Position numbers and translations under genes: made by a program
Virus record (IMG/VR): IMGVR_UViG_2799112923_000001
Strand: one strand, 5' to 3'
DNA from: a virus
Lineage: Duplodnaviria; Heunggongvirae; Uroviricota; Caudoviricetes
Length of the DNA: 64,000 nucleotides
In this document: piece after piece, positions 9,233 through 18,593 of the stretch
How the letters are laid out: each line of letters opens with the position of its first letter
Numbering within the stretch: position 1 is the stretch's first letter
Notes under the pieces: model-generated
Told to the model about the DNA's origin: nothing
What the model saw: the letters and a program-made list of their open reading frames with translations, nothing else
Database searches by the model: none

Positions 9233-9715
9233 ATGTCAGAATTAACAGATTTAATTTCAATAGGTAATTCAATTATAGAAACACCAACAGATACAATAAT
9301 AGCCCAAAGAATAGGTGTTGTAAATTTTTTTTCTAAGTTTCATTCTATTGCTTGTGGTGATTGGCCTGAAGGATTGAGAAGAAAAGTATATAATGCTTGT
9401 TCTTCACAACAAATTACAAATGAAACAAATGATGAAACTGGTTTACAAGAATGTACTGGGGCTAGAATACTTCAAAAAATGCTTATGATTGCTGAAGCAG
9501 TTTATAATACAGATATTTATGATAGATTAAATTCAGCAATTCAACGCTTAGCAAATTGGGAATATATAAATTCATCAAATAAATTTATTCCTAAAAATAT
9601 TGATGATTATACAAAGGCTACTGAAGAATTATGGTATATAATTTTAAAAATGACTAATTTAATTTATAAAAAGAAATTTTTTGGTCATTTTGTAGGAGTT
9701 AAACTTCATATATAA
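9233..9715 (+). CDS. hypothetical protein
   Basis: GAGGA RBS after promoter. Confidence 0.75.
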   Translation: MSELTDLISIGNSIIETPTDTIIAQRIGVVNFFSKFHSIACGDWPEGLRRKVYNACSSQQITNETNDETGLQECTGARILQKMLMIAEAVYNTDIYDRLNSAIQRLANWEYINSSNKFIPKNIDDYTKATEELWYIILKMTNLIYKKKFFGHFVGVKLHI

Positions 9716-9731
9716 TAAATTTGTATTAATA

Positions 9732-9971
9732 ATGAAAAAGAAAATCCCATTTGATGCTTGGCACAGATTAATCCAAACTGAAGACACTTTAATTCCACAA
9801 TGGAAAGGTCTGTTCTTTTGGCATAATTACCACTTTAGAGATTTTTGCCAAGACTTTAAATATGATTATGTAATCTATTTTGATACTGCACATCAAGAAG
9901 ATTTATCTAATCTTCAAGAAATTTTTGATGAGTTAGATTTTATTAGAATACAAAAAGGTGGTGTTTGTTAA
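9732..9971 (+). CDS. hypothetical protein
   Basis: ORF track, operon context. Confidence 0.65.
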   Translation: MKKKIPFDAWHRLIQTEDTLIPQWKGLFFWHNYHFRDFCQDFKYDYVIYFDTAHQEDLSNLQEIFDELDFIRIQKGGVC

Positions 9972-10177
9972 TGAATCCTAATGAATTATATCGCAGTCTT
10001 TGTAGAATGAGAATTGCGTATGCTCAGTCCCAAATCTATCTGCTTGAAATGGATGGCGATAGTGTAAATCCATATTATACAATGGCTAAATACATTAAAC
10101 TAACTGATTTTTGGACTAATGTAAAAACATATTGGGAAAACAAACTAAAATATAATTTATATCATACTGGTAAATAA
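9971..10177 (+). CDS. hypothetical protein
   Basis: TAATG coupling at 9971. Confidence 0.65.
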   Translation: MNPNELYRSLCRMRIAYAQSQIYLLEMDGDSVNPYYTMAKYIKLTDFWTNVKTYWENKLKYNLYHTGK

Positions 10178-10191
10178 GGAAAACTATAAAA

Positions 10192-10353
10192 ATGTTATTT
10201 GCAATAGAATGGTCTTTGGTATTGACTTCTTTATTATTTTTTATATGGGGCATCGCTGGTTTAGATGGTCAAGGAAGAGAAGAAGCTGAAATTTGTATGA
10301 AGATAAGCCCAGTTTTTGTTGTAATTGCGTTAATTTTAGCAATAATTTTTTAA
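10192..10353 (+). CDS. small two-TM membrane protein (not in ORF track)
   Basis: MLFAIEWSLVLTSLLFFIWGIAG...VFVVIALILAIIF. Confidence 0.55.
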   Translation: MLFAIEWSLVLTSLLFFIWGIAGLDGQGREEAEICMKISPVFVVIALILAIIF

Positions 10354-10368
10354 ATAAAAGGAATAACT

Positions 10369-10902
10369 ATGACTACAATCAATCAATTTCTTAAAAAGAA
10401 TTACCCAGACATTCTTAAAGAATGGTCTGAATTCCACGAAAAAGAAACCAAAGAAGCTAAAGAAGCAGAGGCTTTAAAAGAAGAACAAGATAGACAAGAA
10501 GCCATCAAGAATAGAGAACCATTGTTTGAATACCAATTTTATTTTTCGTATCACAATTATGGTTGGGATAAATCTACTCACAGTAATTTTTGGTCTTTGA
10601 AAGAAGCATTTGAATGGATAACTGACTATGAAGTTTCTTATGAAAAAGATACTGGTTATTTATCATTTGCCGATTTCATTAAAGAAAGTGGTTATAAGAA
10701 CGAAGAAAAATTCCTTAGACAATGGCTAGACAACATTCACGCAAGAAGCCAAGAAATTGAAGAAAAAGTACAAGACCGATTTGACTGCCAACTTGACGAG
10801 GACGAAGGTCTAAGTGAATGTGGTTGTACTTATGTTTACACTGATGACGAAATAAGAGAAATTTTTAAGAAATGTTATTACAGGAAGATTGATTTTGAAT
10901 AA
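10369..10902 (+). CDS. hypothetical protein
   Basis: AAGGA RBS. Confidence 0.75.
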   Translation: MTTINQFLKKNYPDILKEWSEFHEKETKEAKEAEALKEEQDRQEAIKNREPLFEYQFYFSYHNYGWDKSTHSNFWSLKEAFEWITDYEVSYEKDTGYLSFADFIKESGYKNEEKFLRQWLDNIHARSQEIEEKVQDRFDCQLDEDEGLSECGCTYVYTDDEIREIFKKCYYRKIDFE

Positions 10903-11269
10903 TAGTAGAGAACACATTGAAGAAATGTATTACGCAGTATTACCTGCTGAAAAAGCCGAACATCACGAAACTTTATATTTTTGGTTTTCCAATTATGCCA
11001 GCAGAGGTTTCCCAAGTGATTATGGTTGGAGTAATAGAGAACAAGATAAGAAGTATGCGACCAAAGAAACTCTAATGGAATTTCTACATAACACATTGGC
11101 TTTGGAAGTAGACAGAGGTCATTGGAGTTTAGACGAAGTAGAAGGTGTACAAATTCACAAAGTAATTGAGAAAACAATTACCACTACTGAAGATACTCTT
11201 GAAAATTATGGAGCAGGTATCAAAGAAATCAAGAAACTTGGTAAACAAAGATATGGGTGGGATGTGTAA
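10889..11269 (+). CDS. hypothetical protein
   Basis: Overlaps upstream stop; TTG start. Confidence 0.7.
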   Translation: MILNNSREHIEEMYYAVLPAEKAEHHETLYFWFSNYASRGFPSDYGWSNREQDKKYATKETLMEFLHNTLALEVDRGHWSLDEVEGVQIHKVIEKTITTTEDTLENYGAGIKEIKKLGKQRYGWDV

Positions 11270-11272
11270 TCT

Positions 11273-11440
11273 ATGACTAAATTTACTGTAAATGTACCAT
11301 TTGAAAAACTTAAAATAACTGAAGAAGAATTAGCGAAAAGACAGGAGCTTATTAAAAAGCACACTGATGAAAATGGCAATATCAATTTATATATTGTATT
11401 TAAAGAATTCTATGAATGGTTAACTGAAAAGGATAAGTAG
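11273..11440 (+). CDS. small hypothetical protein (not in ORF track)
   Basis: MTKFTVNVPFEKLK...WLTEKDK fills the gap. Confidence 0.55.
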   Translation: MTKFTVNVPFEKLKITEEELAKRQELIKKHTDENGNINLYIVFKEFYEWLTEKDK

Positions 11441-11444
11441 TGAT

Positions 11445-11648
11445 ATGACATTAGAAGAACTTGAAATGGATTATGAAAACGAATATGCTATTTATCGTTT
11501 TCCTGATACGAAAGAAGAAGTATTTAGGTATCATGTACCAACACTTGATAGTTTTAATATGACTGTTGAAGAAAAAGCACTTGGACTTCGTCTTTGTATT
11601 GAAGCACGATTAAAAGATGGCTGGACAGGTGATATATTAGGGAGATAA
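11445..11648 (+). CDS. hypothetical protein
   Basis: ORF track. Confidence 0.65.
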   Translation: MTLEELEMDYENEYAIYRFPDTKEEVFRYHVPTLDSFNMTVEEKALGLRLCIEARLKDGWTGDILGR

Positions 11649-11652
11649 TTTT

Positions 11653-11979
11653 ATGACCCTAGACGAAGCAATAGAACATTGTGAAGAAAAAGCCCAATGC
11701 GGAACTGCTTGTGGAATGGAACACAAACAACTTGCTGAATGGCTACGAGAACTAAAAGAGTTTCGTAACCCCATCAAAGAACACGAACTAACCAAAGATG
11801 ACTATATTCTTTTATTAGAAAAAGAACTTGAGATTTATAAAGCAAAATGTGCTGGACAAGCCGAGCAACTAAAAGAATTAGAAGCCAAATACAATTTAAT
11901 TAAAAGTAATTATAATACTTTAATGGAAATTTTAGCGAATAATACAAATCAACCAAAGTGTAATACAGGATTTCTATAA
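11653..11979 (+). CDS. coiled-coil hypothetical protein
   Basis: MTLDEAIEHCEE...EHKQLAEWLRELK; GGAG RBS. Confidence 0.75.
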   Translation: MTLDEAIEHCEEKAQCGTACGMEHKQLAEWLRELKEFRNPIKEHELTKDDYILLLEKELEIYKAKCAGQAEQLKELEAKYNLIKSNYNTLMEILANNTNQPKCNTGFL

Positions 11980-12188
11980 TGGCTAGAATAATAGGTGAAG
12001 GTCCACACGAAACATATTACCATACACCAGATGGTAATTGGACTCATTTGGGTGCTAATGGTAAATCGTGGAAAACATTAGAAGAAGCAAAAGAACATTA
12101 TCACCAAACACATTCAAGCGAAACTGGCTATGGGTGTTTGTTTCTGTTTGGGTTATTTGTTATGGCTATCTTCTTTGCTTTAGTGTAA
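11979..12188 (+). CDS. hypothetical protein with C-terminal TM helix
   Basis: TAATG coupling; hydrophobic C-terminus. Confidence 0.7.
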   Translation: MARIIGEGPHETYYHTPDGNWTHLGANGKSWKTLEEAKEHYHQTHSSETGYGCLFLFGLFVMAIFFALV

Positions 12189-12239
12189 AAAAGATTTTAC
12201 ATAACTGTATATTGACTCTATAAAATAGTTTTCTATGTT
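12184..12239 (+). promoter_or_regulatory. TGTAAA-N6-TTTACA box plus sigma70-type promoter
   Basis: Box 12184-12201, gap 10, TTGACT 12212, TATGTT 12234. Confidence 0.65.
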
Positions 12240-12265
12240 TAATTAAAAAATATAGAGGTATAACT

Positions 12266-12688
12266 ATGATACTAGAATCAACTGTGCCAAAAGATTATAA
12301 TGCTATGCTCCGTCGGTTTAAAGCAAAATATCCATATCTTACTGCTTGGCTAGATGATGGGGCTAAAACTGCGTTTTTAATGAATGAAAAACTTGAAAAC
12401 GAAGATGATTTTATAAACAGTTTATCTATTGAAGAAAAAGACAATCCATTTGCCTGTTATAATTTTGATATTATTTACCAAAACAAAAATATAGCCAATT
12501 TAAAATCATATCGTTATGGTGGAAAACTTCTAGTAAAACATCTTAAAGATATAGATGCTTGTAAAATGACAGTTCCACAAATGGAACAGAAAATACAAGA
12601 AGTAATGGATATTATTGAAGCGAAAATTTTAGATAATAAACGATTACAAACGAAATACGAATTGGAAAAAATCAAATCCGACTTTTAA
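12266..12688 (+). CDS. DF-tail family protein
   Basis: Ends KRLQTKYELEKIKSDF*. Confidence 0.8.
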   Translation: MILESTVPKDYNAMLRRFKAKYPYLTAWLDDGAKTAFLMNEKLENEDDFINSLSIEEKDNPFACYNFDIIYQNKNIANLKSYRYGGKLLVKHLKDIDACKMTVPQMEQKIQEVMDIIEAKILDNKRLQTKYELEKIKSDF

Positions 12689-12689
12689 A

Positions 12690-12717
12690 AAATGGTGGTT
12701 CAAACGAACCACCATTT
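12690..12717. terminator. bidirectional intrinsic terminator
   Basis: AAATGGTGGTTC-AAAC-GAACCACCATTT between convergent genes. Confidence 0.85.
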
Positions 12718-12721
12718 ATTT

Positions 12722-13270
12722 TTAGGTATAATGATACGGGTCTAATTCTATTCCTATTGTTTCGCCTTCCAAAGCGGCTTTAAAATCTTCATCTTCTACA
12801 TTAGGAATAGTACCAACAAATTCTTCTTTATCATGGTCTAATCTATACAATTCAGCACTGTATTCATCATCTTCATAGTGAATAACATAAATGTAAGATT
12901 CATCATCAACATAATAGTTTATATTGTATTCGTCCCTATAAGGTCCATAAGCACCATCCGGGTCAACATTCTTTAATGGTTGCCATCTATTACATTTGAA
13001 CATAAATCTATCTTCAGTGCTTTCGTCAATTCCGTATGGGTCATTTACATATCTTTCTTCATTATGTAAGTCATTAAGTTCATTTTTGTAATTTTCCAAA
13101 TCGTCAATACTCCAGTCCGCCAAAGTATAATAATCCAAATCGGAATCACACATTGGGTCATCCAAAATTTCTTCAATTAACTCATGCTTATCTGGTGAGA
13201 TTTCTTCTTTGTTGTATTCCAACAAAAAGCCTTTGGAATGTAAAATCTGTTGTGCTTCGTTCAATTTCAT
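12722..13270 (-). CDS. leader-family protein, acidic
   Basis: MKLNEAQQILHSKGFLLE; near-consensus late promoter CATAAATA on - strand at 13306-13313. Confidence 0.75.
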   Translation of the reverse strand: MKLNEAQQILHSKGFLLEYNKEEISPDKHELIEEILDDPMCDSDLDYYTLADWSIDDLENYKNELNDLHNEERYVNDPYGIDESTEDRFMFKCNRWQPLKNVDPDGAYGPYRDEYNINYYVDDESYIYVIHYEDDEYSAELYRLDHDKEEFVGTIPNVEDEDFKAALEGETIGIELDPYHYT

Positions 13271-13311
13271 ATCTAACCTTGTAACTTTTTTATTACATTA
13301 TACTATATTTA

Positions 13312-13377
13312 TGTAAATTTAATTTTACATAATTTTACATATTTTCCATTGACAACTGTAGAATAATTATCTATATT
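13312..13377 (+). promoter_or_regulatory. TGTAAA-N6-TTTACA box plus sigma70-type promoter
   Basis: Box 13312-13329, gap 19, TTGACA 13349, N17, TATATT 13372. Confidence 0.8.
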
Positions 13378-13408
13378 AATAGTGTAAACAATAAAAGAGG
13401 TAAAAACA

Positions 13409-13663
13409 ATGGAATTAGCAAATCTTGAAGTAGCTGTAATCTATAAGAAGAACTCTGATGGAATTGGGTATTATGTTTTGACCCATCGCCCATCTAAAAA
13501 GGATGCTGAAGTTTGGTTGTGGCAGTATACCAACGAAAATGAAGCAGAAATGAAACGCAACTACAAGATTGAAATGATGCCATTGTTTGAAGTTCTCAAT
13601 TCGTTGTTGGCTGAAACTAATGAATTACGAGAAAAAGTTGAATATGCTTTCAGCCAAATCTAA
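13409..13663 (+). CDS. hypothetical protein
   Basis: GAGGT RBS after promoter. Confidence 0.75.
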   Translation: MELANLEVAVIYKKNSDGIGYYVLTHRPSKKDAEVWLWQYTNENEAEMKRNYKIEMMPLFEVLNSLLAETNELREKVEYAFSQI

Positions 13664-13682
13664 CCGATAGGAGGCAATAAAA

Positions 13683-13883
13683 ATGTGGGTTCTCATTATG
13701 ACGATTGTATTTGCAGGTAATTCCGGTTATGCAGGTTGGGGTAGTTCAACTGTGGCAACTCAGGAATTTAATAGTTCTGCTGCGTGCCGTTCTGCAGGTG
13801 CGGAATGGGCAAAGGCACAACCGAGTGTAAAGAATAACCAGAGTAATGGTGGTTCTATTAACTGGGTTTGTGTTCAAAAGTAA
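13683..13883 (+). CDS. small secreted/membrane protein with a Cys pair
   Basis: MWVLIMTIVFAG...QEFNSSAAC...CVQK; GGAGG RBS. Confidence 0.7.
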   Translation: MWVLIMTIVFAGNSGYAGWGSSTVATQEFNSSAACRSAGAEWAKAQPSVKNNQSNGGSINWVCVQK

Positions 13884-13895
13884 ACGAGGTAACAA

Positions 13896-14069
13896 ATGAA
13901 CGAAATGGAATTTCCTGATATTTGGGCATTTTATATTCCGTCAGAGCATGACTATGCCCGTGCTAATGGTAGTATTCGTACATATTCTTCAAAAGAAGCA
14001 GCATTGAAGCAGAAGAAATATCACACAGACGCAATTCTTGTTAAACTCACAGCAACATGGGAGGACTAA
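13896..14069 (+). CDS. small hypothetical protein (not in ORF track)
   Basis: GAGGT RBS; MNEMEFPDIWAFY... Confidence 0.6.
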   Translation: MNEMEFPDIWAFYIPSEHDYARANGSIRTYSSKEAALKQKKYHTDAILVKLTATWED

Positions 14070-14070
14070 T

Positions 14071-14205
14071 ATGGGTGGTGGTTCTATGACACACAGTTAT
14101 TTTGTACAGAAAGACGAAACCGAACGAGATTTCAACCATAAGAAAGAACCCGAACCGGAATTGGTAATTTATAAGGGTGAACTTGTTGTAACAGAAGGAG
14201 CATAA
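14071..14205 (+). CDS. small hypothetical protein (not in ORF track)
   Basis: GGAGG RBS; MGGGSMTHSYFVQ... Confidence 0.5.
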   Translation: MGGGSMTHSYFVQKDETERDFNHKKEPEPELVIYKGELVVTEGA

Positions 14206-14206
14206 T

Positions 14207-14791
14207 ATGAACAAACTATTTCTTATTCTTGTGTTTGCGATTACCGCATTTGCCCAAATGAATTACACACCGAAGACCGAAGAATTTCATTACACTGAAT
14301 CAATGTGTTGGGTACAAATGGGTGAAATTATTTGTGGTGGCGGTGAAATGAACATTTATCAGGCTTCGGACCGAGTAATTGCTGACACCATTGACATGAC
14401 AGATTGTATTCCGTATGATTCAATGAAGGCCCTTGAACATAACATTGAGTTTAGTGATAGTTTTAAAGTATATTCGGATATGCGTCCATCTGGTTTACTC
14501 AATGTTGCTATTAATTTGGATTGGTCTTGTACTGACCCATTCATTAAAAAACTTAATACTCGCAATAATCGTGATTTAATTTATGTGCGACTATACAAGG
14601 TAATTTTTAAGGGTTATGATTGTCCTGAAAATCCAACAGAAATTTTCTATGATAATGAATGGACTGCTAATAGAGTTTTATATGAATGTGTAGAAAATCC
14701 TGACGATTATGTTGTTCACGATTTGGAATATAAAGAATGGATTAGGAAGAATGGAATTGTATATCCCGGAGCAATTATAAGGAGAAAGTAA
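14207..14791 (+). CDS. exported protein
   Basis: Signal peptide MNKLFLILVFAITAFA. Confidence 0.75.
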   Translation: MNKLFLILVFAITAFAQMNYTPKTEEFHYTESMCWVQMGEIICGGGEMNIYQASDRVIADTIDMTDCIPYDSMKALEHNIEFSDSFKVYSDMRPSGLLNVAINLDWSCTDPFIKKLNTRNNRDLIYVRLYKVIFKGYDCPENPTEIFYDNEWTANRVLYECVENPDDYVVHDLEYKEWIRKNGIVYPGAIIRRK

Positions 14792-14792
14792 A

Positions 14793-15341
14793 ATGTTTTA
14801 TTCAATTATCCATAACTCAAAGAGATTGTTTGATATTCACCAGCATAAAGATGTGGATGACGCAAATGAATATATCCGCAAGGAAATGCCGAAGTATGCG
14901 AAGCGTGGTTGTGCGGAAGATAGGTCAAAGAGTTTCCAACTCTACAAGAATACAGATGCTATTTGGCACATGTATCACGATTTGCCCGTCACTGACGCAT
15001 TTTGGGTTGACGAAGGAGACCACGATATGCACGGTGTGGTGGTTCACGCAACAAAGGATATGAAGTGGGCATACATTCATTTCGGACAGTTTGATGGTGA
15101 TGGTTTCCCATGCGATGTTCAGTTCTTTAAGAAGCGAGAAAATGCTATTCACAGAAAGAACATTGAATACAAGAAGGTACTGAAAGAATGTATTGATGGA
15201 CAGAAAGAAGATGACAAGTTGTATGGGATAACGAATTTCCGACCACTCAATCACCAGGAAGAAGATGAATGTTCTGCAATTTCTTGGGATGATGGTTGTG
15301 GTGGCACGGTAGAAGTTCACCTGGTTATGGAAATTAACTAA
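14793..15341 (+). CDS. hypothetical protein
   Basis: AGGAG RBS. Confidence 0.75.
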   Translation: MFYSIIHNSKRLFDIHQHKDVDDANEYIRKEMPKYAKRGCAEDRSKSFQLYKNTDAIWHMYHDLPVTDAFWVDEGDHDMHGVVVHATKDMKWAYIHFGQFDGDGFPCDVQFFKKRENAIHRKNIEYKKVLKECIDGQKEDDKLYGITNFRPLNHQEEDECSAISWDDGCGGTVEVHLVMEIN

Positions 15342-15353
15342 TAGGAGGCAACT

Positions 15354-15899
15354 ATGTACGAAGCAATCGGACAGAGAATTAAATCAACTGATTTCCCACT
15401 CAAATGTAGGGCTATGTATTATTTCTCAAAGGGCCGTCATGACCACCAGGAACGAAAGGGTAGTGGGATGCCATATTATGTTCATCCTCGTGGTGTAGCA
15501 TACATTGTTATGGAGCATGGCGGAACTGAAGACCAAATCAATGCTGCTTTCGCTCACGATTTGATGGAAGATACAGAAACTTCATATCTTGAAATTAAGG
15601 CTGTATGTAATGAACATGTGGCTAATATGTGTGCGGAACTTCGCAACAACAATTTCAAGAAAGAACTAATGGGAAAAGAAGCATATATCACTGAAAAACT
15701 TCTTAAAATGAGTGAAGATGCTCTATTGGTAAAACTCGCAGATATGGTTTACAATTCTTATGATATGCCAGCAGAGAAGGCATTGAACAGAATGTATAAG
15801 AATGTTTGCGAACTACTAATCAAGCGAGAACTCAATCCGACATGCCGAGAACTCGCCACTATGGTTATTCTCGCAGACCCACAAGAACCTGAAGATTAG
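15354..15899 (+). CDS. HD-domain hydrolase, SpoT/Mesh1-like (small alarmone hydrolase candidate)
   Basis: HxxQxRKGSGxPYxxHP, AAFAHDLMEDT, VKLADxxxN. Confidence 0.85.
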   Translation: MYEAIGQRIKSTDFPLKCRAMYYFSKGRHDHQERKGSGMPYYVHPRGVAYIVMEHGGTEDQINAAFAHDLMEDTETSYLEIKAVCNEHVANMCAELRNNNFKKELMGKEAYITEKLLKMSEDALLVKLADMVYNSYDMPAEKALNRMYKNVCELLIKRELNPTCRELATMVILADPQEPED

Positions 15900-15915
15900 T
15901 TAGCCATACAAAAAG

Positions 15916-15946
15916 AAAAGGACCCTCGTAATTGAGGGTCTTTTTT
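15916..15946. terminator. bidirectional intrinsic terminator
   Basis: AAAAGGACCCTC-GTAATT-GAGGGTCTTTT between convergent genes. Confidence 0.85.
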
Positions 15947-16382
15947 AAAGTGCTAATACATCTTTTAGATTTTTGAATTTACCATATAACGGTTTTAATT
16001 CGGGTAGATTTTTATTAACAACATAGAACTCGTTATCTTTCAAATCAAAATCTATTTTAACTGGAATACACCCATTTAAAACCGCTTCCATATTTTGTTT
16101 CATACAAACGAATGATGAAGTACAAGCAAGTGCATACAAATGACAACTTAGATAAATTTCATTGTTGGTATTTCTTGATTTTATCACCATATCATTACTT
16201 CTTCTCATAAAAGACGAAATAATCATAGAAACATACTCGTCATGCCAACGAATAAATCCATTTGCCGAAGTATCTAAGTCATATTCTTGTATATCAGGTT
16301 TATAACTGGTCATAGAATGGGTCCTTTTTCCATTGTATAGAAAAACTTCTAACTTGGTCAGGTATAGTCCACCAATGTTCAA
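15945..16382 (-). CDS. hypothetical protein (start probably ATG near 16313)
   Basis: ORF track; last gene of a - strand operon. Confidence 0.6.
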   Translation of the reverse strand: MNIGGLYLTKLEVFLYNGKRTHSMTSYKPDIQEYDLDTSANGFIRWHDEYVSMIISSFMRRSNDMVIKSRNTNNEIYLSCHLYALACTSSFVCMKQNMEAVLNGCIPVKIDFDLKDNEFYVVNKNLPELKPLYGKFKNLKDVLAL

Positions 16383-16635
16383 TACCTACACCAACTTCAT
16401 ATCCAGCATCTTTAAATGCTTTTTCTATATCGTAAACATTATCTATGCTAATATTATATTGACCAGGCCATTCTAAATTAAGATAACCATAACCTTTTTC
16501 GGCTCTCTTTTTACATTCGTTCACTAATTTATCAATAGTTTTTTGTGTTTCTGTAATTTGTTTACATTCATTTATCTTTTCAATAGATATAGAACTTTGC
16601 CTAATTTCATTTATATTTGGAATCATTTTTACCAC
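16300..16635 (-). CDS. hypothetical protein
   Basis: KRAEKGY...FKDAGYEV...IQW; paralog-like with 16629..16901. Confidence 0.7.
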   Translation of the reverse strand: MVKMIPNINEIRQSSISIEKINECKQITETQKTIDKLVNECKKRAEKGYGYLNLEWPGQYNISIDNVYDIEKAFKDAGYEVGVGIEHWWTIPDQVRSFSIQWKKDPFYDQL

Positions 16636-16901
16636 TCCACATGAATGTACAAGTTGTTATCCCAACTCTCTCTTTTATAACAGGTATATCCATTTTTTTC
16701 AAATTCTTTTACTGCCAAATCTGTATTCACACAACAAAAATAATCCGAACTATTTAATGAATAATCTACTTCTCGTTTTCCCTGACCTGATGCTTCTTTA
16801 ATGAGTTTTGAGATTTCTTCTACGATATGTTCTTTTCCTTTATGATAGTTTTCTGTTGTAATTTTGGCTAATTCACTAGCCTTTATTGAAACTGTGTACA
16901 T
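16629..16901 (-). CDS. hypothetical protein
   Basis: GAGGA RBS; KEASGQG...FEKNGY...VEW. Confidence 0.75.
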   Translation of the reverse strand: MYTVSIKASELAKITTENYHKGKEHIVEEISKLIKEASGQGKREVDYSLNSSDYFCCVNTDLAVKEFEKNGYTCYKRESWDNNLYIHVEW

Positions 16902-16942
16902 ATATCCTCTTTTTTCTAAAAATATACATTATTTTAATTCTT

Positions 16943-16998
16943 TGTAAACATAGTTTTACATTATTTTTATTGACATTAAACTGCGAATTTACTATATT
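16943..16998 (+). promoter_or_regulatory. TGTAAA-N6-TTTACA box plus sigma70-type promoter (divergent region)
   Basis: Box 16943-16960, gap 9, TTGACA 16970, N17, TATATT 16993; the left half-site also reads TTTACA-N16-TATATT on the - strand. Confidence 0.8.
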
Positions 16999-17021
16999 AA
17001 TAGTATAAAAGAGAGGTAACT

Positions 17022-17390
17022 ATGAAAACGAAAGAAGAACTCAATTATATGGTAAATGAAATGGTTAGAGCCCTGTGTAATGGTGGTTTTGGTAGACTTC
17101 AAGCCATGCTCGGTGCTGAACCAATTAGCATTACAGATAATACATTCACATTCTCGTTTAAGATGTTCCGTAAAGCCAATCTTTTCAAGATTGAACTAGA
17201 CGAAGGTTTGGATTTGTATAACTGCTATTTCATTAAGAAACGCAAATACACCACCAACGATTTAATGAAGGGTATTAAACCAACTGACAAGAAATTTGAA
17301 CCAGTTGTGGTGAAAGAAATCAAGGGAATTTATTGCGACCAAGTAAAAGAATTTTTTGAAAACACCACGGGTTTGAGAACATCTTTGTAA
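17022..17390 (+). CDS. conserved phage hypothetical protein
   Basis: GAGGT RBS; ends GIYCDQVKEFFENTTGLRTSL. Confidence 0.8.
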   Translation: MKTKEELNYMVNEMVRALCNGGFGRLQAMLGAEPISITDNTFTFSFKMFRKANLFKIELDEGLDLYNCYFIKKRKYTTNDLMKGIKPTDKKFEPVVVKEIKGIYCDQVKEFFENTTGLRTSL

Positions 17391-17441
17391 ACAATAATTT
17401 ACAAAATCGTAGTTGACAAAACTGCGATTTTTTGCTATATT
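17386..17441 (+). promoter_or_regulatory. TGTAAA-N6-TTTACA box plus sigma70-type promoter
   Basis: Box 17386-17403, gap 9, TTGACA 17413, N17, TATATT 17436. Confidence 0.8.
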
Positions 17442-17475
17442 AATATATGTAAACAAGAAAAAGAGAGGTATCACT

Positions 17476-17973
17476 ATGGCAAAACACTATTTCACCATTA
17501 ACGAATTTGAACTCCTGAAAGAACTCAACAAAGAATACGATGTTGAAATGAAGGGTCTCGGTCCATTTGGCGAGAAAACTGGTCGCATTGAATCATTTGA
17601 TTTGGATGATGCCACATTTGATACTGAGTTCCTGCGTGATAGTTACGAGGAAGAAATTGAAAAACTCACTGATGAACAGAAGGAAGAAATTGAAGATAAT
17701 AGTTATCTCTATTATTCCGATGTTAAAGAAATGTTCCCGGATATTGACGATAACTGGGATTTGGGTCAGGTGGTTGTGTTCAATACCGATGTTGGTCAGT
17801 GCGAACAGAATTTCCTTCAATGGGACCGTTGTATTGGTGACATTTGTTGTGACGAAGATGATTACAACACCTTTATGGAAGAACACGAAGAATTTCAAAC
17901 AAAAGAATGGCATATTGCTCAGGTGAAGCAGTATATGAGTGAACACGATATTTCTTTGGAAGATTTGAAGTAA
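17476..17973 (+). CDS. highly acidic hypothetical protein
   Basis: Start moved to ATG 17476 (GAGGT RBS); D/E-rich. Confidence 0.75.
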   Translation: MAKHYFTINEFELLKELNKEYDVEMKGLGPFGEKTGRIESFDLDDATFDTEFLRDSYEEEIEKLTDEQKEEIEDNSYLYYSDVKEMFPDIDDNWDLGQVVVFNTDVGQCEQNFLQWDRCIGDICCDEDDYNTFMEEHEEFQTKEWHIAQVKQYMSEHDISLEDLK

Positions 17974-18251
17974 TGAGAAATTGGGAAAATATCGTAAAAG
18001 AACTCTTTGAAGAATTTAAAAAAGAATCTTTAAAGAATGATTGGTATGCTTGCCCATTACATACATGGCGAGGTGCTCCGTATGGCAAATACCAAAATGA
18101 ACTAGAACGAAAGATTTGTATGCTCCCCATTGAATACAGAATGAAACTTAACAAATTGTGTATAGATTGGGGTGATAAACATCGTCCTGATTGGGAACGA
18201 AAGATGGATTTAGCACGATTGGAACGATTAAAAGCCAAAGGAAAAATCTAA
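17973..18251 (+). CDS. hypothetical protein
   Basis: TAATG coupling. Confidence 0.7.
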   Translation: MRNWENIVKELFEEFKKESLKNDWYACPLHTWRGAPYGKYQNELERKICMLPIEYRMKLNKLCIDWGDKHRPDWERKMDLARLERLKAKGKI

Positions 18252-18593
18252 ATGGAACATACAAGAGCATTAGACATTCTCAAAAAAGATTATAATTTTA
18301 CAGTCATTACTACTGGACACCATTACTATGCTGTGTGTTGGGATAATGCGATTGTAATGTGGTATGAAGTTTCATCTGTGATTGAGAACATTCACAAAAT
18401 TAGACATATATCGGCTTTCAAGAAAAAGACCTATAAGAATTTGGTAAATTTTGATTATTCTCTTGAGGGTTCATTTACTATTGAAGAAGTGGATGAAGAT
18501 TTTTTACGAGCTGAATGTGATAAGATTTTGGTAAAAGTCAAGAAATGGCAAAGTCAAGATTTAATTAACAAAGCAAACCAGGATTTCCGATGA
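18252..18593 (+). CDS. DF-tail family protein
   Basis: Ends KKWQSQDLINKANQDFR*. Confidence 0.8.
   Translation: MEHTRALDILKKDYNFTVITTGHHYYAVCWDNAIVMWYEVSSVIENIHKIRHISAFKKKTYKNLVNFDYSLEGSFTIEEVDEDFLRAECDKILVKVKKWQSQDLINKANQDFR

Noticed and set aside
7445-10902. KDFLGL (8074) and KIDFE (10902) endings as DF-tail members
   Set aside because: They lack the Lys at -14 and the full hydrophobic spacing; 7445 is a recognisable different family.
11653-11979. MTLDEAIEHCEE as a leader-family member
   Set aside because: Matches only MxLxEA; lacks ILxxxGYhxE and a late promoter.
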